This document shows, in pieces, positions 1 through 9,053 of a DNA stretch of 15,982 nt. Origin of the DNA: an uncultured archaeon (GTDB taxonomy: Archaea; Asgardarchaeota; Lokiarchaeia; Sigyniarchaeales; SOKP01); NCBI GenBank assembly GCA_964583985.1, contig CAZOYD010000071.1:1-15982 (forward strand), given 5' to 3'. Position 1 is the stretch's first letter, and every line of letters begins with the position of its first letter. The notes under the pieces are model-generated. The model did not search any database. It saw nothing but the letters and a program-made list of their open reading frames with translations, and was not told the DNA's origin. Made by a program: the position numbers and the translations under genes.

Positions 1-272
1 AATATGAATAGTAATCTATGGTTTTCTTCATTTGAAATTTTAACGGTTAAATTTGCTGATATTTCTAACTCTAACTCTTGATTGGGAAAAAAATAGCCTA
101 AAATATCTCCAATCTTATAATTATATACTTCATTCCCAATTTCTTTTAAAATTCCTGCGCAAAATAATGGTGTATTTAACAAATCTTTCCCAAATAAAAA
201 ATCATCTGGTTGATTTGAAAATATCGCATATTTATTTGTGATTTTAACTAGATCTAGTATTGACATTTTCAT
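1..272 (-). CDS. Partial CDS (runs off the left edge), degenerate MDR/GroES-like dehydrogenase-related protein; not in the ORF track
   Basis: Manual translation from ATG at 272 (alternative ATG at 266) is open for 90 codons to the edge: MKMSILDLVKITNKYAIFSNQPDDFLFGKDLLNTPLFCAGILKEIGNEVYNYKIGDILGYFFPNQELELEISANLTVKISNEENHRLLFI. It starts 11 nt after the stop of the upstream gene. PLFCAGILKEIG..V..YKIGD...NLTVKI resembles PLGYSCSGVVVE..V..YKPQD...NLTCKI in the neighbouring protein. Confidence 0.75.
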   Translation of the reverse strand, partial: MKMSILDLVKITNKYAIFSNQPDDFLFGKDLLNTPLFCAGILKEIGNEVYNYKIGDILGYFFPNQELELEISANLTVKISNEENHRLLFI

Positions 273-283
273 GGGAAACCGAT

Positions 284-2467
284 TTAATCTTGATTCAATT
301 TTATTGGTTTATTGGTTTTTATACTTTCAATTGTTTTAAATACTAATTCCATTGCTTTTAAAGCGTCATCTTCATTAACTAGAGCTGTTGATAATCCTAA
401 ATTAGTTAAAATTACCGTATTTAACTCATTTCGGTGTCCCTTGTCTTGTACATTTAAAAGAATGTTTCCAAAACCAAAACCAGAGGTGTTCATTTTTTTA
501 AAATCATCAATCATTATAGCTGAATCTCCAGAATATATCTCAATACGCTCTTTAGGCATGTCTGGACCATTTAGATCGGTATATATTAAGTTAGCTATTG
601 ATCCATTTTGAAAGCTAATCATGACAACGCAACTGTCGAATACCTCTGTATTTTTATGACTCATATTTCCACCTAGTGCAAATATCTCTACCGGGTTTGA
701 ATTCATTAAATATAGAATTAAATCAATAAAATGACAAAATTCACCAATAATTGGACCGCCTCCCGTTTTAGGATCAAATACCCAGTGACTTCCTGGTATG
801 AATGAGCTGGCAATTCGATAATTGATTATTATTGGATTCACGCGTTCGCTAATTAATTTCTTAACATCAATTATTAGTGGACTATATCTTCGATTAAATC
901 CAATACAATAATTTAAGTTAGTGTTTTTGACGGTATCGTGCACCTCAAGACATTCTTGATACGTAATTCCCATTGGTTTTTCGACATAAACATTTTTTCC
1001 AGCTTTAAGCGCCTCAATTGCGAATCTAGCGTGCGTATGATGCTGAGTATAAATAAAAACCGTGTTAATATCTGGATCTTTAAATATTTTTTTGTAATTT
1101 GTTGTTACATAGCCAGGTCTATATTTATCTTTACAAATATCAGCAGATTTTTGCGATTTAGTTGCGATTGCTTTAATCGTGCAATTTTTATTCGGTAATA
1201 AAAGGGGTAAATGCGTTCCTTGAGCGAAGCTTCCACACCCTACTAAACCAATTATCAATTTTTCATGCGGTTGTTTATTTGGGATCTCATGCTGATTAAT
1301 GAGCTTTTCATTCGTTTCTTCTGAAAATTTCAATAATATAGCGATATTGTCGATAGGATCCTCATCTAATTTTTTATAGGCTTGGTCTGCTATTTCAGCG
1401 GGGATAATCTCAGAGATCAACGGAGAAACATCGATTTTTTTCTCTGAGAGTAGTTTTAAAAATAATTCCATATTTCTTTGCTCTGTCCAAGGTACATATT
1501 CTTTAGGATAATCAAAACCTTCAAATTCATAATAAGGGTCATACCTACCAGGTCCATAAGACCGTGAGATCAATAAGTCAGCTTCTTTGTAATATATCTT
1601 ATTCCTATCAACAGAAATTGGAAAAGCGCCTAGCATGACGATTTTTCCTTTATCTCGGATTAATGAAATTGCATCATCTAAGATTTTTGCTGATTTGGAT
1701 GTAGCACAAATTATTACCGTATCTAATAACTTACCATTTGTGAATTCACTGACAATACTTACGCTATTATAATAATTTGGATTGCAAATCGAATCAGCTC
1801 CCAATTTTTTAGCCAAATTTAATCGTTTATTAATTAAATCAAAAGCGATAACTTGAGCTCCACATGCTTTTGCTAATTGAATTGTGATCAAGCCGATCAA
1901 TCCTGTTCCAATTACTCCTATAAATTCTCCAGCGACAATATTTGCTCTATGAATTCCATTAAGAGCTATAGCTCCCAATGTCGAAAAAGCAGCTTCTTCT
2001 AATGAGACATTATCTGGAATTTTACATGTTAGATTTTTAGCCGAAAAAATCATTTCTGCATGACTAGATCCAGCACAAGCTACTCTATCTTGTGGTTTAT
2101 AAGCATCAACATTAGATTCTACTACTACACCTGAGCAACTATAACCCAAAGGTGAAAAATCTGAAAGTGGATTTTTGAAATTTTTCAAAATATTCTTTTC
2201 TTTGTAGATTTTAAATAGTTTTAACAACCTTCTGATTGAATGCTTTCTTAATTCCTCAAACATTTTCCCACGTAAATACTTTGACGAAATAAATTGTTTT
2301 ATTATAGAGGCGCTGATTAATCGTTTCCACTTTATTGCTGCGAGTTCTGTACCGGAACTAATCAATGCATAACTAGTTTTTACAACAGCTCCTAGTGTTT
2401 GCAATTGAGGTTCTCCGACTTCTTTCAAAACTACTTGCCCTTGTGGATTAATATAGAGCTTTTTCAT
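284..2467 (-). CDS. Bi-domain oxidoreductase (N-terminal MDR/Zn-ADH-like domain + C-terminal Gfo/Idh/MocA domain), polysaccharide-biosynthesis associated
   Basis: 727 aa. Motifs LISSGTE, PLGYSCSG, Rossmann GTGLIG and SRSYGPGRYDPYYE..G.DYP..YV.WTE.RN; second Rossmann VGCGSFA, plus VYVEKP, GFNRRYSP, GGPIIGEFCHFID and KERIE. Confidence 0.9.
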   Translation of the reverse strand: MKKLYINPQGQVVLKEVGEPQLQTLGAVVKTSYALISSGTELAAIKWKRLISASIIKQFISSKYLRGKMFEELRKHSIRRLLKLFKIYKEKNILKNFKNPLSDFSPLGYSCSGVVVESNVDAYKPQDRVACAGSSHAEMIFSAKNLTCKIPDNVSLEEAAFSTLGAIALNGIHRANIVAGEFIGVIGTGLIGLITIQLAKACGAQVIAFDLINKRLNLAKKLGADSICNPNYYNSVSIVSEFTNGKLLDTVIICATSKSAKILDDAISLIRDKGKIVMLGAFPISVDRNKIYYKEADLLISRSYGPGRYDPYYEFEGFDYPKEYVPWTEQRNMELFLKLLSEKKIDVSPLISEIIPAEIADQAYKKLDEDPIDNIAILLKFSEETNEKLINQHEIPNKQPHEKLIIGLVGCGSFAQGTHLPLLLPNKNCTIKAIATKSQKSADICKDKYRPGYVTTNYKKIFKDPDINTVFIYTQHHTHARFAIEALKAGKNVYVEKPMGITYQECLEVHDTVKNTNLNYCIGFNRRYSPLIIDVKKLISERVNPIIINYRIASSFIPGSHWVFDPKTGGGPIIGEFCHFIDLILYLMNSNPVEIFALGGNMSHKNTEVFDSCVVMISFQNGSIANLIYTDLNGPDMPKERIEIYSGDSAIMIDDFKKMNTSGFGFGNILLNVQDKGHRNELNTVILTNLGLSTALVNEDDALKAMELVFKTIESIKTNKPIKLNQD

Positions 2468-2489
2468 AGGATTAGATACTAAATTGATT

Positions 2490-2551
2490 GTGCTAAAAGT
2501 TCTTTAAGCAGATGAGTATATAAATAAGCTTTGCTAAAAAAAGATTAGCAC
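2490..2551 (-). promoter_or_regulatory. Putative archaeal-type TATA box (TTTATATA on minus strand, 2517-2524) flanked by two imperfect palindromes
   Basis: TGCTAAAAGTTCTTTAAGCA (2491-2510) and TGCTAAAAAAAGATTAGCA (2532-2550) sit either side of TATATAAA, about 50 nt upstream of the ATG at 2467. Confidence 0.45.
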
Positions 2552-2556
2552 GAATT

Positions 2557-4629
2557 TTATTGGCTAATGACTTTAAATTCTGTAGTGATATTCACACTAT
2601 TTTTACTTGCAAAATTTTCAAATAGTTGTATCTTTAAGACCGGTATTTGTTGAGATTCTCCATATTTGGGAGCAATTTCAGCACTATCTAGTTCATATTG
2701 AAAAGACGAATCTGATGAGATGTTTAGCATTATCTCCTTATTAATTAAGACATTATTCTGTTCTTTTAAATCAATATCTAATAATGTATCTTCAGCAAAA
2801 TGATATATCAAGGCTATTTCATGTGTTTTATTCTCATAATTTTTACTTCTATCTGGCTGAATCATATCTTTAATGATAATTGTTTTTAAATTCCTTGAAA
2901 CCATAACATGCCGTTGAACTAAAAATCCATTATATCCGTCATGATTACATGAAAATTGAACCAAATCATTGCTCTCAATGACTTTTCTGCTAATCTTGGG
3001 TTTTTGGGCCCAACTAAACCAATATAATGGTATAGCTTGACTCTTATTATCAATTGAAATCACATTGTGAGCCATGCTATTCCGGAAATAATTTCTTTCT
3101 TTCATTGATTTATTGTAGGATTTTGTTCCGCTATCTATTAGAATATCTTTCCCGTTATATGAAAAAATTATATTTGATATTCCACTATGAGAATGTGGTG
3201 CATTTTGCGGGCCGAAGTTTCCTAAATCGCTAAATAAATAACTCGATTTATCTCCCCACCCGTCTCTTATGAGAATATATCCAGAATTTTCATAAAATAT
3301 CACTTTTTTTTTTTGCTCATTGAATTTTAAAGAATCTACTGAATTTATCTTTTCGATACCCATCAGTAAGAGTGATATAGGAGATAAATTTTTATTGATA
3401 TTTTTTAAATCAGAAGATTTGAATAAAATGCTGCCCAGGTTTATTAAATCCAAATGCGACTTGTCATTATAACCAGATAATAAAAGAACTTTTCCATTAT
3501 CAACATCACCAACTAAAGGAAGTTTTCCATTAGGTTTAACGATATCCGATAAATTTATAATCATATTTTTGATTATAATCCCTTCAAGACTTTCGATTAA
3601 ATCTTTATTTAGTAGAATAAAAAGTATAAAAAATTCAAGTACAAATCTATGGTAATTAACTGATTGCTCTATGTTAAATCCATCTGGTCGAGTCTGTAAT
3701 GATATTTGTGCTTTTAATTTAGGATATAAGACATGTTCCCAACTTTTTACCTTCTTGTAACCATTAAATATGTTGGAAAATAAGTATCCTCCAAATAATT
3801 CGCCAATAGTATGGTTGAATGATCGTTTGGTGTAAAAAAATCGCAAATAATAAGCATGTTGAAACATGGATCGAAAAATAACCTTGAAAAATTGAGAATC
3901 ATTAATTATTTCTGAGTTTTTAAAAAAATAGAGAGTAAATATCCAAGAAATTAAACGGATCGAAATTTCTAATCCAGAGTACCAATTAATTCCAATCATT
4001 GGTGGATTGCATTTTATCCAGTCCAAGATTATTTCCTTAAATTTAAGAGCATATTTCTCATCTTGAGTGTAATAATATGCAAACCCCAAATATGTTAAAA
4101 AGAGATGTCGGTTTAATTCCCAAACATATTTTACATCAATATTTTGACCATTAAATTTTGGTCTGATTTCTAATTGATTAGATTGAATCATTCTCCAATT
4201 GTAATTATCTACAAAACCATAATGCCAATTAATACCTTTTTCAAATTTTATGCGTTTTTCAAATATCTGAAAGTCATCCTCAATTATACAATTAGCATAG
4301 TCAATAAATTGATCCTTCTCTTTAGAGCATTCCTTGTCCAAGTAGTTAATTATAGCTGAACGTTCTTCTATATTTGAATAAAAGAAGAAACTTTCTTGAA
4401 AAAAAGTCTTGGATAACTCATCAATCTGGAGATTTTTTCCCAGATATTTATTAAATAGGAATTCTGAAGATTTAGAATTGCGTAAATATCTCCTACGTTT
4501 CTTAATTATAGGAATTTGAATGAATTTTTCGAAAAGGATTTTGTAATAATTAACTAAGTTAAAGTATGTTATGGGTCTGGGATTTTTTAAAAATGGGAGT
4601 TTACCCATAATGAATCGCTTATTTATCAT
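2557..4629 (-). CDS. Heparinase II/III-like (alginate lyase fold) protein
   Basis: 690 aa. Motifs DVKYVWELNRH, WI..NPP..GINW, LEISIRLISW, NH, EQSVNYH, GDVD, GP..APHSH, DSGT..Y and R..FR...AHNVI.ID. GAGGA SD-like motif upstream; no obvious signal peptide. Confidence 0.88.
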   Translation of the reverse strand: MINKRFIMGKLPFLKNPRPITYFNLVNYYKILFEKFIQIPIIKKRRRYLRNSKSSEFLFNKYLGKNLQIDELSKTFFQESFFFYSNIEERSAIINYLDKECSKEKDQFIDYANCIIEDDFQIFEKRIKFEKGINWHYGFVDNYNWRMIQSNQLEIRPKFNGQNIDVKYVWELNRHLFLTYLGFAYYYTQDEKYALKFKEIILDWIKCNPPMIGINWYSGLEISIRLISWIFTLYFFKNSEIINDSQFFKVIFRSMFQHAYYLRFFYTKRSFNHTIGELFGGYLFSNIFNGYKKVKSWEHVLYPKLKAQISLQTRPDGFNIEQSVNYHRFVLEFFILFILLNKDLIESLEGIIIKNMIINLSDIVKPNGKLPLVGDVDNGKVLLLSGYNDKSHLDLINLGSILFKSSDLKNINKNLSPISLLLMGIEKINSVDSLKFNEQKKKVIFYENSGYILIRDGWGDKSSYLFSDLGNFGPQNAPHSHSGISNIIFSYNGKDILIDSGTKSYNKSMKERNYFRNSMAHNVISIDNKSQAIPLYWFSWAQKPKISRKVIESNDLVQFSCNHDGYNGFLVQRHVMVSRNLKTIIIKDMIQPDRSKNYENKTHEIALIYHFAEDTLLDIDLKEQNNVLINKEIMLNISSDSSFQYELDSAEIAPKYGESQQIPVLKIQLFENFASKNSVNITTEFKVISQ

Positions 4630-4640
4630 AAATAATCCTC

Positions 4641-5897
4641 TTAAGTAAATTCAACAAATATTTTCTCAATTTCTTTAACTCTATTATCCCACGTATATTG
4701 ATGTAGTTGTTCTGGAGATATACTTGACTCAATTCGGTTTTCTTTTAAACCATTTATTATTTCTTCAAATTTTTTTAGTCCTGTTTCAAAATCGTTGATT
4801 GGAATGGTATAACCGAGATTATTCTTGTCTAAAAATTCTGCTGTATAAGAATTATCTCTCCCTAAATAGAGTATCTTTTTTCCCATGCTTAAATATTCCA
4901 AGATTTTAAAACTTAATGTTGGATAATTAAGATTTTCTCCTACATGTAAAGCTAAAGAAGAATTATATACTTCTTCTAAGCACACTTCACGAAGGACAAA
5001 TCCCTCTAAATGAAAATATGTGGAAACCTCATATTTTTTGAATAGAGATGTTAAACGTGTTGCATCATATCTACCAAATATTTTAATATTTAAAGATATA
5101 TCAGTAAGCTTTCCTAATTTATGAGATATAGATACGATTTTCACTAATGGTTCAAGATCCCTGAGACCATATAAATTACCTGTAAAAGTAAAGGTAATTT
5201 CTTTAGGATTAGCATTTCTTCTAGTTAATTTACTACTCTCATCAACATTGATACCATGAGGAATGGCATGAACATTATTACTTTTTACTTCAGGAAAATT
5301 ATCTAGTAAGAATTTTTTCATACCTTCACTTATTGCAATTATCCTATCAGCAGAATTGAGGATCCTTTTTTCCATTTTCAAATAAAAATTTTCAATTGAC
5401 TTAGTCATCGTGTCTTTTAAATACGGGTTATAAGACCAAGGATCTCTGTATTCTATAATTAAAGGGATTTTACAAAAAAATTTTAATAAATATCCTATTG
5501 GTAAGGTAAAGAATGGTGGTGCCGATACATATATCAATTTTATATTATTCTTTTTAATAATTCTCCTACTTGCCAGAAATGCTAAAGGAATCCAATGAAG
5601 AAAAAGGATAACATTAAAAATCTCAAAATATAGCGTAGTTTTTTTAATATTTGATTGAAATCCTTCCTTCGCAAAACTTAAATTGAAAACCTTCGTGTTT
5701 TTAATTAAGGGAGATTTAACTTTCTTAAGGAGTTCTTTATCCTCATGAGCATTTTTATTCGATTTCGCACTTACAACAAAAATCTTATACCCCTTTTTCG
5801 CTAATCTTTTCGTAATCTCAGAAGCTCTAATGCTCAAAATGTTGCTAAATGGGGGGAAATGGTAAGAAATGAATAATATTTCTTTTAACATGGGCAA
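4641..5897 (-). CDS. Glycosyltransferase family 4 (GT-B); start may be ATG at 5891
   Basis: 418 aa. Motifs FISYHFPP, SAPPF, EYRDPWS.NPY, IPHG, FTGNLY..RD and KILEYLSMGKKIL. Confidence 0.88.
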   Translation of the reverse strand: MPMLKEILFISYHFPPFSNILSIRASEITKRLAKKGYKIFVVSAKSNKNAHEDKELLKKVKSPLIKNTKVFNLSFAKEGFQSNIKKTTLYFEIFNVILFLHWIPLAFLASRRIIKKNNIKLIYVSAPPFFTLPIGYLLKFFCKIPLIIEYRDPWSYNPYLKDTMTKSIENFYLKMEKRILNSADRIIAISEGMKKFLLDNFPEVKSNNVHAIPHGINVDESSKLTRRNANPKEITFTFTGNLYGLRDLEPLVKIVSISHKLGKLTDISLNIKIFGRYDATRLTSLFKKYEVSTYFHLEGFVLREVCLEEVYNSSLALHVGENLNYPTLSFKILEYLSMGKKILYLGRDNSYTAEFLDKNNLGYTIPINDFETGLKKFEEIINGLKENRIESSISPEQLHQYTWDNRVKEIEKIFVEFT

Positions 5898-5961
5898 CTC
5901 TTTTACGTTTTTTAATAAGATAGTGATAAATATTTAAGATATCACGAAAATTAAAAATTTT

Positions 5962-7128
5962 TCATTTCTCCTCGGATTCTGCAAGATATTTCATAAAATC
6001 TTCTTTATATTCTTCTGGATTTTTGTTAGGTCGCTTTAATTCTGCTTTCGTTCCCCGTTTTATATTAATTACTATTAAAATTGGGCCATCTCTCGTTTTG
6101 ATTTCAGGAATGATTTCACCTAATTCTGTTAGAGTATTAACTAAATAAGCAGATTTGTAATTCGATGCCAAGGCAACCTCGCAAAAGTCAACCGAATCTG
6201 AATTTGTTGGTTGACCTCCTGTAGATTCATGAGTATTATTATTGAATATAATTTGTACAAAATTCGTGGGTTTATATTTGCCCACCGTGGAAAACGTACC
6301 AAATTGCATAATTGCTGCGCCATCACCATCAAAAACTACAATTCGCCTATTTGGCTTTTGAAGTGCTATACCTAAACCAATGGAACTCGCACATCCCATA
6401 GAACCGATATTATAAAAACTCTTATAATGATCTTTTTCTCTTTCTTCTCGATATTCATATAGTTCTCGTGAAAGATGACCGGTGCTAGAAATGATTATAC
6501 CTTCAGAAGTGAGATTCTCCATTAAAAAAGTTATGGCATCTTCCCTGTTAATTTCGTATGAATTTTCTGCTATTTCTGAATCGCTATATTTTTGGAATAA
6601 ATTGGGTTTAATAATCAGTGCAAAAGGACCTTTTTTTTCCTTTAGATAACTAATGGCTTCAGAAACATGTGTTTGAATTAATTTTATATCAGGTTCTAGG
6701 ATTTTGTATGGAATCTGAAGAGTATCTAACAGAGATAATGTAATTTTTCCCATTTTCTTATGTTGAGGGGCATCTTTTGTTCCAGGTTCACCTCTCCATC
6801 CAATCATCATGAGAATTGGAATCGAATATACTTCTCTATCGCATAACGAAGTCAATGGATTAACAGTTTTTCCAAGTCCTGAATTTTGTAAGTAAACAAT
6901 ACCAAATTTCTTTGTTGCTAAATGATAACCTGTAGCTATAGCAATTGCTTCACATTCATTGCATGCGACAATGTTTCGCAATAATTCTGGATCCTTTTCA
7001 ATAATGAACTTCATCCACTCCTTGAAAGTCGAATCCGGAATTCCTGTAAAGAAGGTTAAATTATTATCCTTCAAAATCTTAAAAAAATCTTCACATTTTA
7101 TCATATCCGCATCAATCTCTTTAGTCAT
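5962..7128 (-). CDS. aepY: Phosphonopyruvate decarboxylase (Ppd), ThDP-dependent, single chain
   Basis: 388 aa. Motifs FFTGIPDS, YLQNSGLG..VNPL, IGWRGEPG.KD.PQH, GSMG.AS, ThDP motif GDGA...NN and HESTGGQPT. Co-located with PEP mutase; ATGA overlap with the upstream gene and GAGGA upstream. Confidence 0.92.
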   Translation of the reverse strand: MTKEIDADMIKCEDFFKILKDNNLTFFTGIPDSTFKEWMKFIIEKDPELLRNIVACNECEAIAIATGYHLATKKFGIVYLQNSGLGKTVNPLTSLCDREVYSIPILMMIGWRGEPGTKDAPQHKKMGKITLSLLDTLQIPYKILEPDIKLIQTHVSEAISYLKEKKGPFALIIKPNLFQKYSDSEIAENSYEINREDAITFLMENLTSEGIIISSTGHLSRELYEYREEREKDHYKSFYNIGSMGCASSIGLGIALQKPNRRIVVFDGDGAAIMQFGTFSTVGKYKPTNFVQIIFNNNTHESTGGQPTNSDSVDFCEVALASNYKSAYLVNTLTELGEIIPEIKTRDGPILIVINIKRGTKAELKRPNKNPEEYKEDFMKYLAESEEK

Positions 7129-7847
7129 CTTAATTCCTCTTTATAATAAGTTCGAGCTACTTCTAAATCTTCAAAATCATCAATTTCCATGCACTTCTCG
7201 TCATTGATATAGTTAGGTCTCAAATCTAATTTGTCTAAAATCTCATTTAAAGCATCTTCCGCATAACAAGAAACTTGATCGTTTTTTACGTATTTTTCTA
7301 TTTCTTTAAACCATTCCTCAAAGAAATGTTTTGAAAGTTTATACAACGGGGCTAAGAAAGCACAATCCTCCCCAAATTCATTTACACCAATTTTTATGAT
7401 TCTATCATCAATAATTCGCGCTTTAAAATCTTTTTGAGGGACTTGCATTTCTCTATTAACTAGAACACAATTTTTTTCATCATTTTTAATAATTTGATTC
7501 AAAATATTGTCCGAAAAGATTAAATCTCCATGCATTAATAGAACATCATCATTGATTTGATTTTTAGTTAAATATAAGGAATAGATGTAATTAGTTTGAT
7601 CATATTTTGGATTTTGTATATAGACCACATGAAGACTTGGATAGTTCAATTCAACATGGTGCTTAATCATGCCTTCAAAAGGCCCAGTGAGAATCACGAG
7701 TTTTTCTAAACCACTTTTGATGAGATTTTCAAGTTGAACATCCAATATAGTTTTATCATTATTCACTTTAACTAAACATTTAGGATTATTTTCCGTGAGA
7801 TGACCAAGTCTTTTTCCAATTCCCGCATTCAAAATTATAACTTTCAT
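7125..7847 (-). CDS. LicC/PntC-family nucleotidyl (cytidylyl) transferase, probably phosphonate-activating
   Basis: 240 aa. Motifs IILNAGIGKRL..LT...PKCL, NPKYDQTNYIYSL, LLMHGDL and EIDDFEDL. ATGA overlaps on both sides (7844-7847 and 7125-7128). Confidence 0.88.
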   Translation of the reverse strand: MKVIILNAGIGKRLGHLTENNPKCLVKVNNDKTILDVQLENLIKSGLEKLVILTGPFEGMIKHHVELNYPSLHVVYIQNPKYDQTNYIYSLYLTKNQINDDVLLMHGDLIFSDNILNQIIKNDEKNCVLVNREMQVPQKDFKARIIDDRIIKIGVNEFGEDCAFLAPLYKLSKHFFEEWFKEIEKYVKNDQVSCYAEDALNEILDKLDLRPNYINDEKCMEIDDFEDLEVARTYYKEELR

Positions 7848-8992
7848 CTTATTTCTCTTAAAATACCCCTCAGTTCTGATTCAGTCAGTATTCTTGGGTT
7901 ATTTTTAACTCTATTAGGTGTGAAACCATTTTTTATAATTAATTCGATATCATCTTCTGATTTTATTCCTAGCGAGTGTAAATTTGTTTCTAATGCTATA
8001 TCATCCATTAGAGTTAATATGTTGGCTTTAGCTTCTTCGAAATTTGATGCATTCAAAAAGGATATCAAATCTTTTAATGTTTTTTTCACGAATAAGACAC
8101 CCCTTGCATCTTGACAATCTTTTTCTTTTATTTCTGAATTGAAAATAATCATCGGAGGTAAAGTTAAAGCAACGGCGTGACCGTGAGGTACATGGAAATA
8201 TGATGTTATAGGATATGATATTGCATGACATGCTGTAGTTTTTGTAATATTTATTGCTTTTCCTGCATAATTAGCAGCAATTGCCATGTTTATTCGAGAA
8301 TCTTTATCTGGATCATTCACGGCCTTAACAAGATTAGACATTATTAACTCAATTGCTTTTTTTGAATATCCTTTTGATTCGTTAGTGGAATATATATTCC
8401 AATACGATTCAATTGCTTGAGTTAAGGCATCCATTCCTGAATAAGCGGTAATTTTCTTTGGTAATTTTAGGCTGAACTGGGGATCAACAATGATATAATC
8501 GGGTTTTAAGAAATTTTGATCTACCAAGGAATATTTCGTTTTTCCGATATAAACTACTGCAAAATGTGTTGCTTCACTACCAGAACCCGCAGTTGTCGGG
8601 ATTCTAATTAGTGGAATGCCTTTTTTCGAGATCGGTATTTCTTTTTTTATTATTTTTATTGGATCCCCTTCATTTGATGAAAATATAGAAATGGCTTTCC
8701 CCATATCCTGAACAGAACCCCCTCCAATGGCAATTATTACATCATAGCTCTCTTGTTTGAATAAATCTAACCCCTTTTTAATATCTTGAATGTTTGGATT
8801 AGGTGCGAAATCGTTAAATTGATAGTATTGGACTCCCCTGAGTAAATCTAGCATAACACTTTTAATCTCTTTCTGTTCAAATGAGTTCTTTCCAGTAATC
8901 AAGAATATCTTTTTAAAATTATTCTTTTCTATGATATCCTTTAAATTCTCAATTGAATCAAATCCAATGTATTCCAGCATGCGATTTCTCAA
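7844..8992 (-). CDS. Phosphonoacetaldehyde reductase (iron-containing group III ADH, HEP-forming); start TTG at 8992 or ATG at 8980
   Basis: 382 aa. Motifs PNP, GGGSV.D.GK, IPTTAGSGSEATHFAV, DALTQAIES.W, AGKAINITKTTACHAISYP and PHGHAV, typical of the PhpC/FomC-like subfamily. Lies between pepM and ppd. Confidence 0.9.
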   Translation of the reverse strand: MRNRMLEYIGFDSIENLKDIIEKNNFKKIFLITGKNSFEQKEIKSVMLDLLRGVQYYQFNDFAPNPNIQDIKKGLDLFKQESYDVIIAIGGGSVQDMGKAISIFSSNEGDPIKIIKKEIPISKKGIPLIRIPTTAGSGSEATHFAVVYIGKTKYSLVDQNFLKPDYIIVDPQFSLKLPKKITAYSGMDALTQAIESYWNIYSTNESKGYSKKAIELIMSNLVKAVNDPDKDSRINMAIAANYAGKAINITKTTACHAISYPITSYFHVPHGHAVALTLPPMIIFNSEIKEKDCQDARGVLFVKKTLKDLISFLNASNFEEAKANILTLMDDIALETNLHSLGIKSEDDIELIIKNGFTPNRVKNNPRILTESELRGILREIR

Positions 8993-9017
8993 GGAAATTT
9001 ATGATTTACTCTTTTTG

Positions 9018-9053
9018 TATTTAAAAATTATTTAAAAATTATTTAAAAATTAT
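9018..9053. repeat. Perfect tandem repeat (TATTTAAAAAT) x3 plus a partial copy
   Basis: 11-bp units at 9018-9028, 9029-9039 and 9040-9050, then TAT. Overlaps the pepM stop codon. Confidence 0.9.

Noticed and set aside
53-241. 62-aa plus-strand ORF from the track
   Set aside because: Antisense shadow of the longer, operon-consistent minus-strand ORF at 1-272.
9018-9053. CRISPR array
   Set aside because: Contiguous 11-bp units with no spacers and no cas genes.
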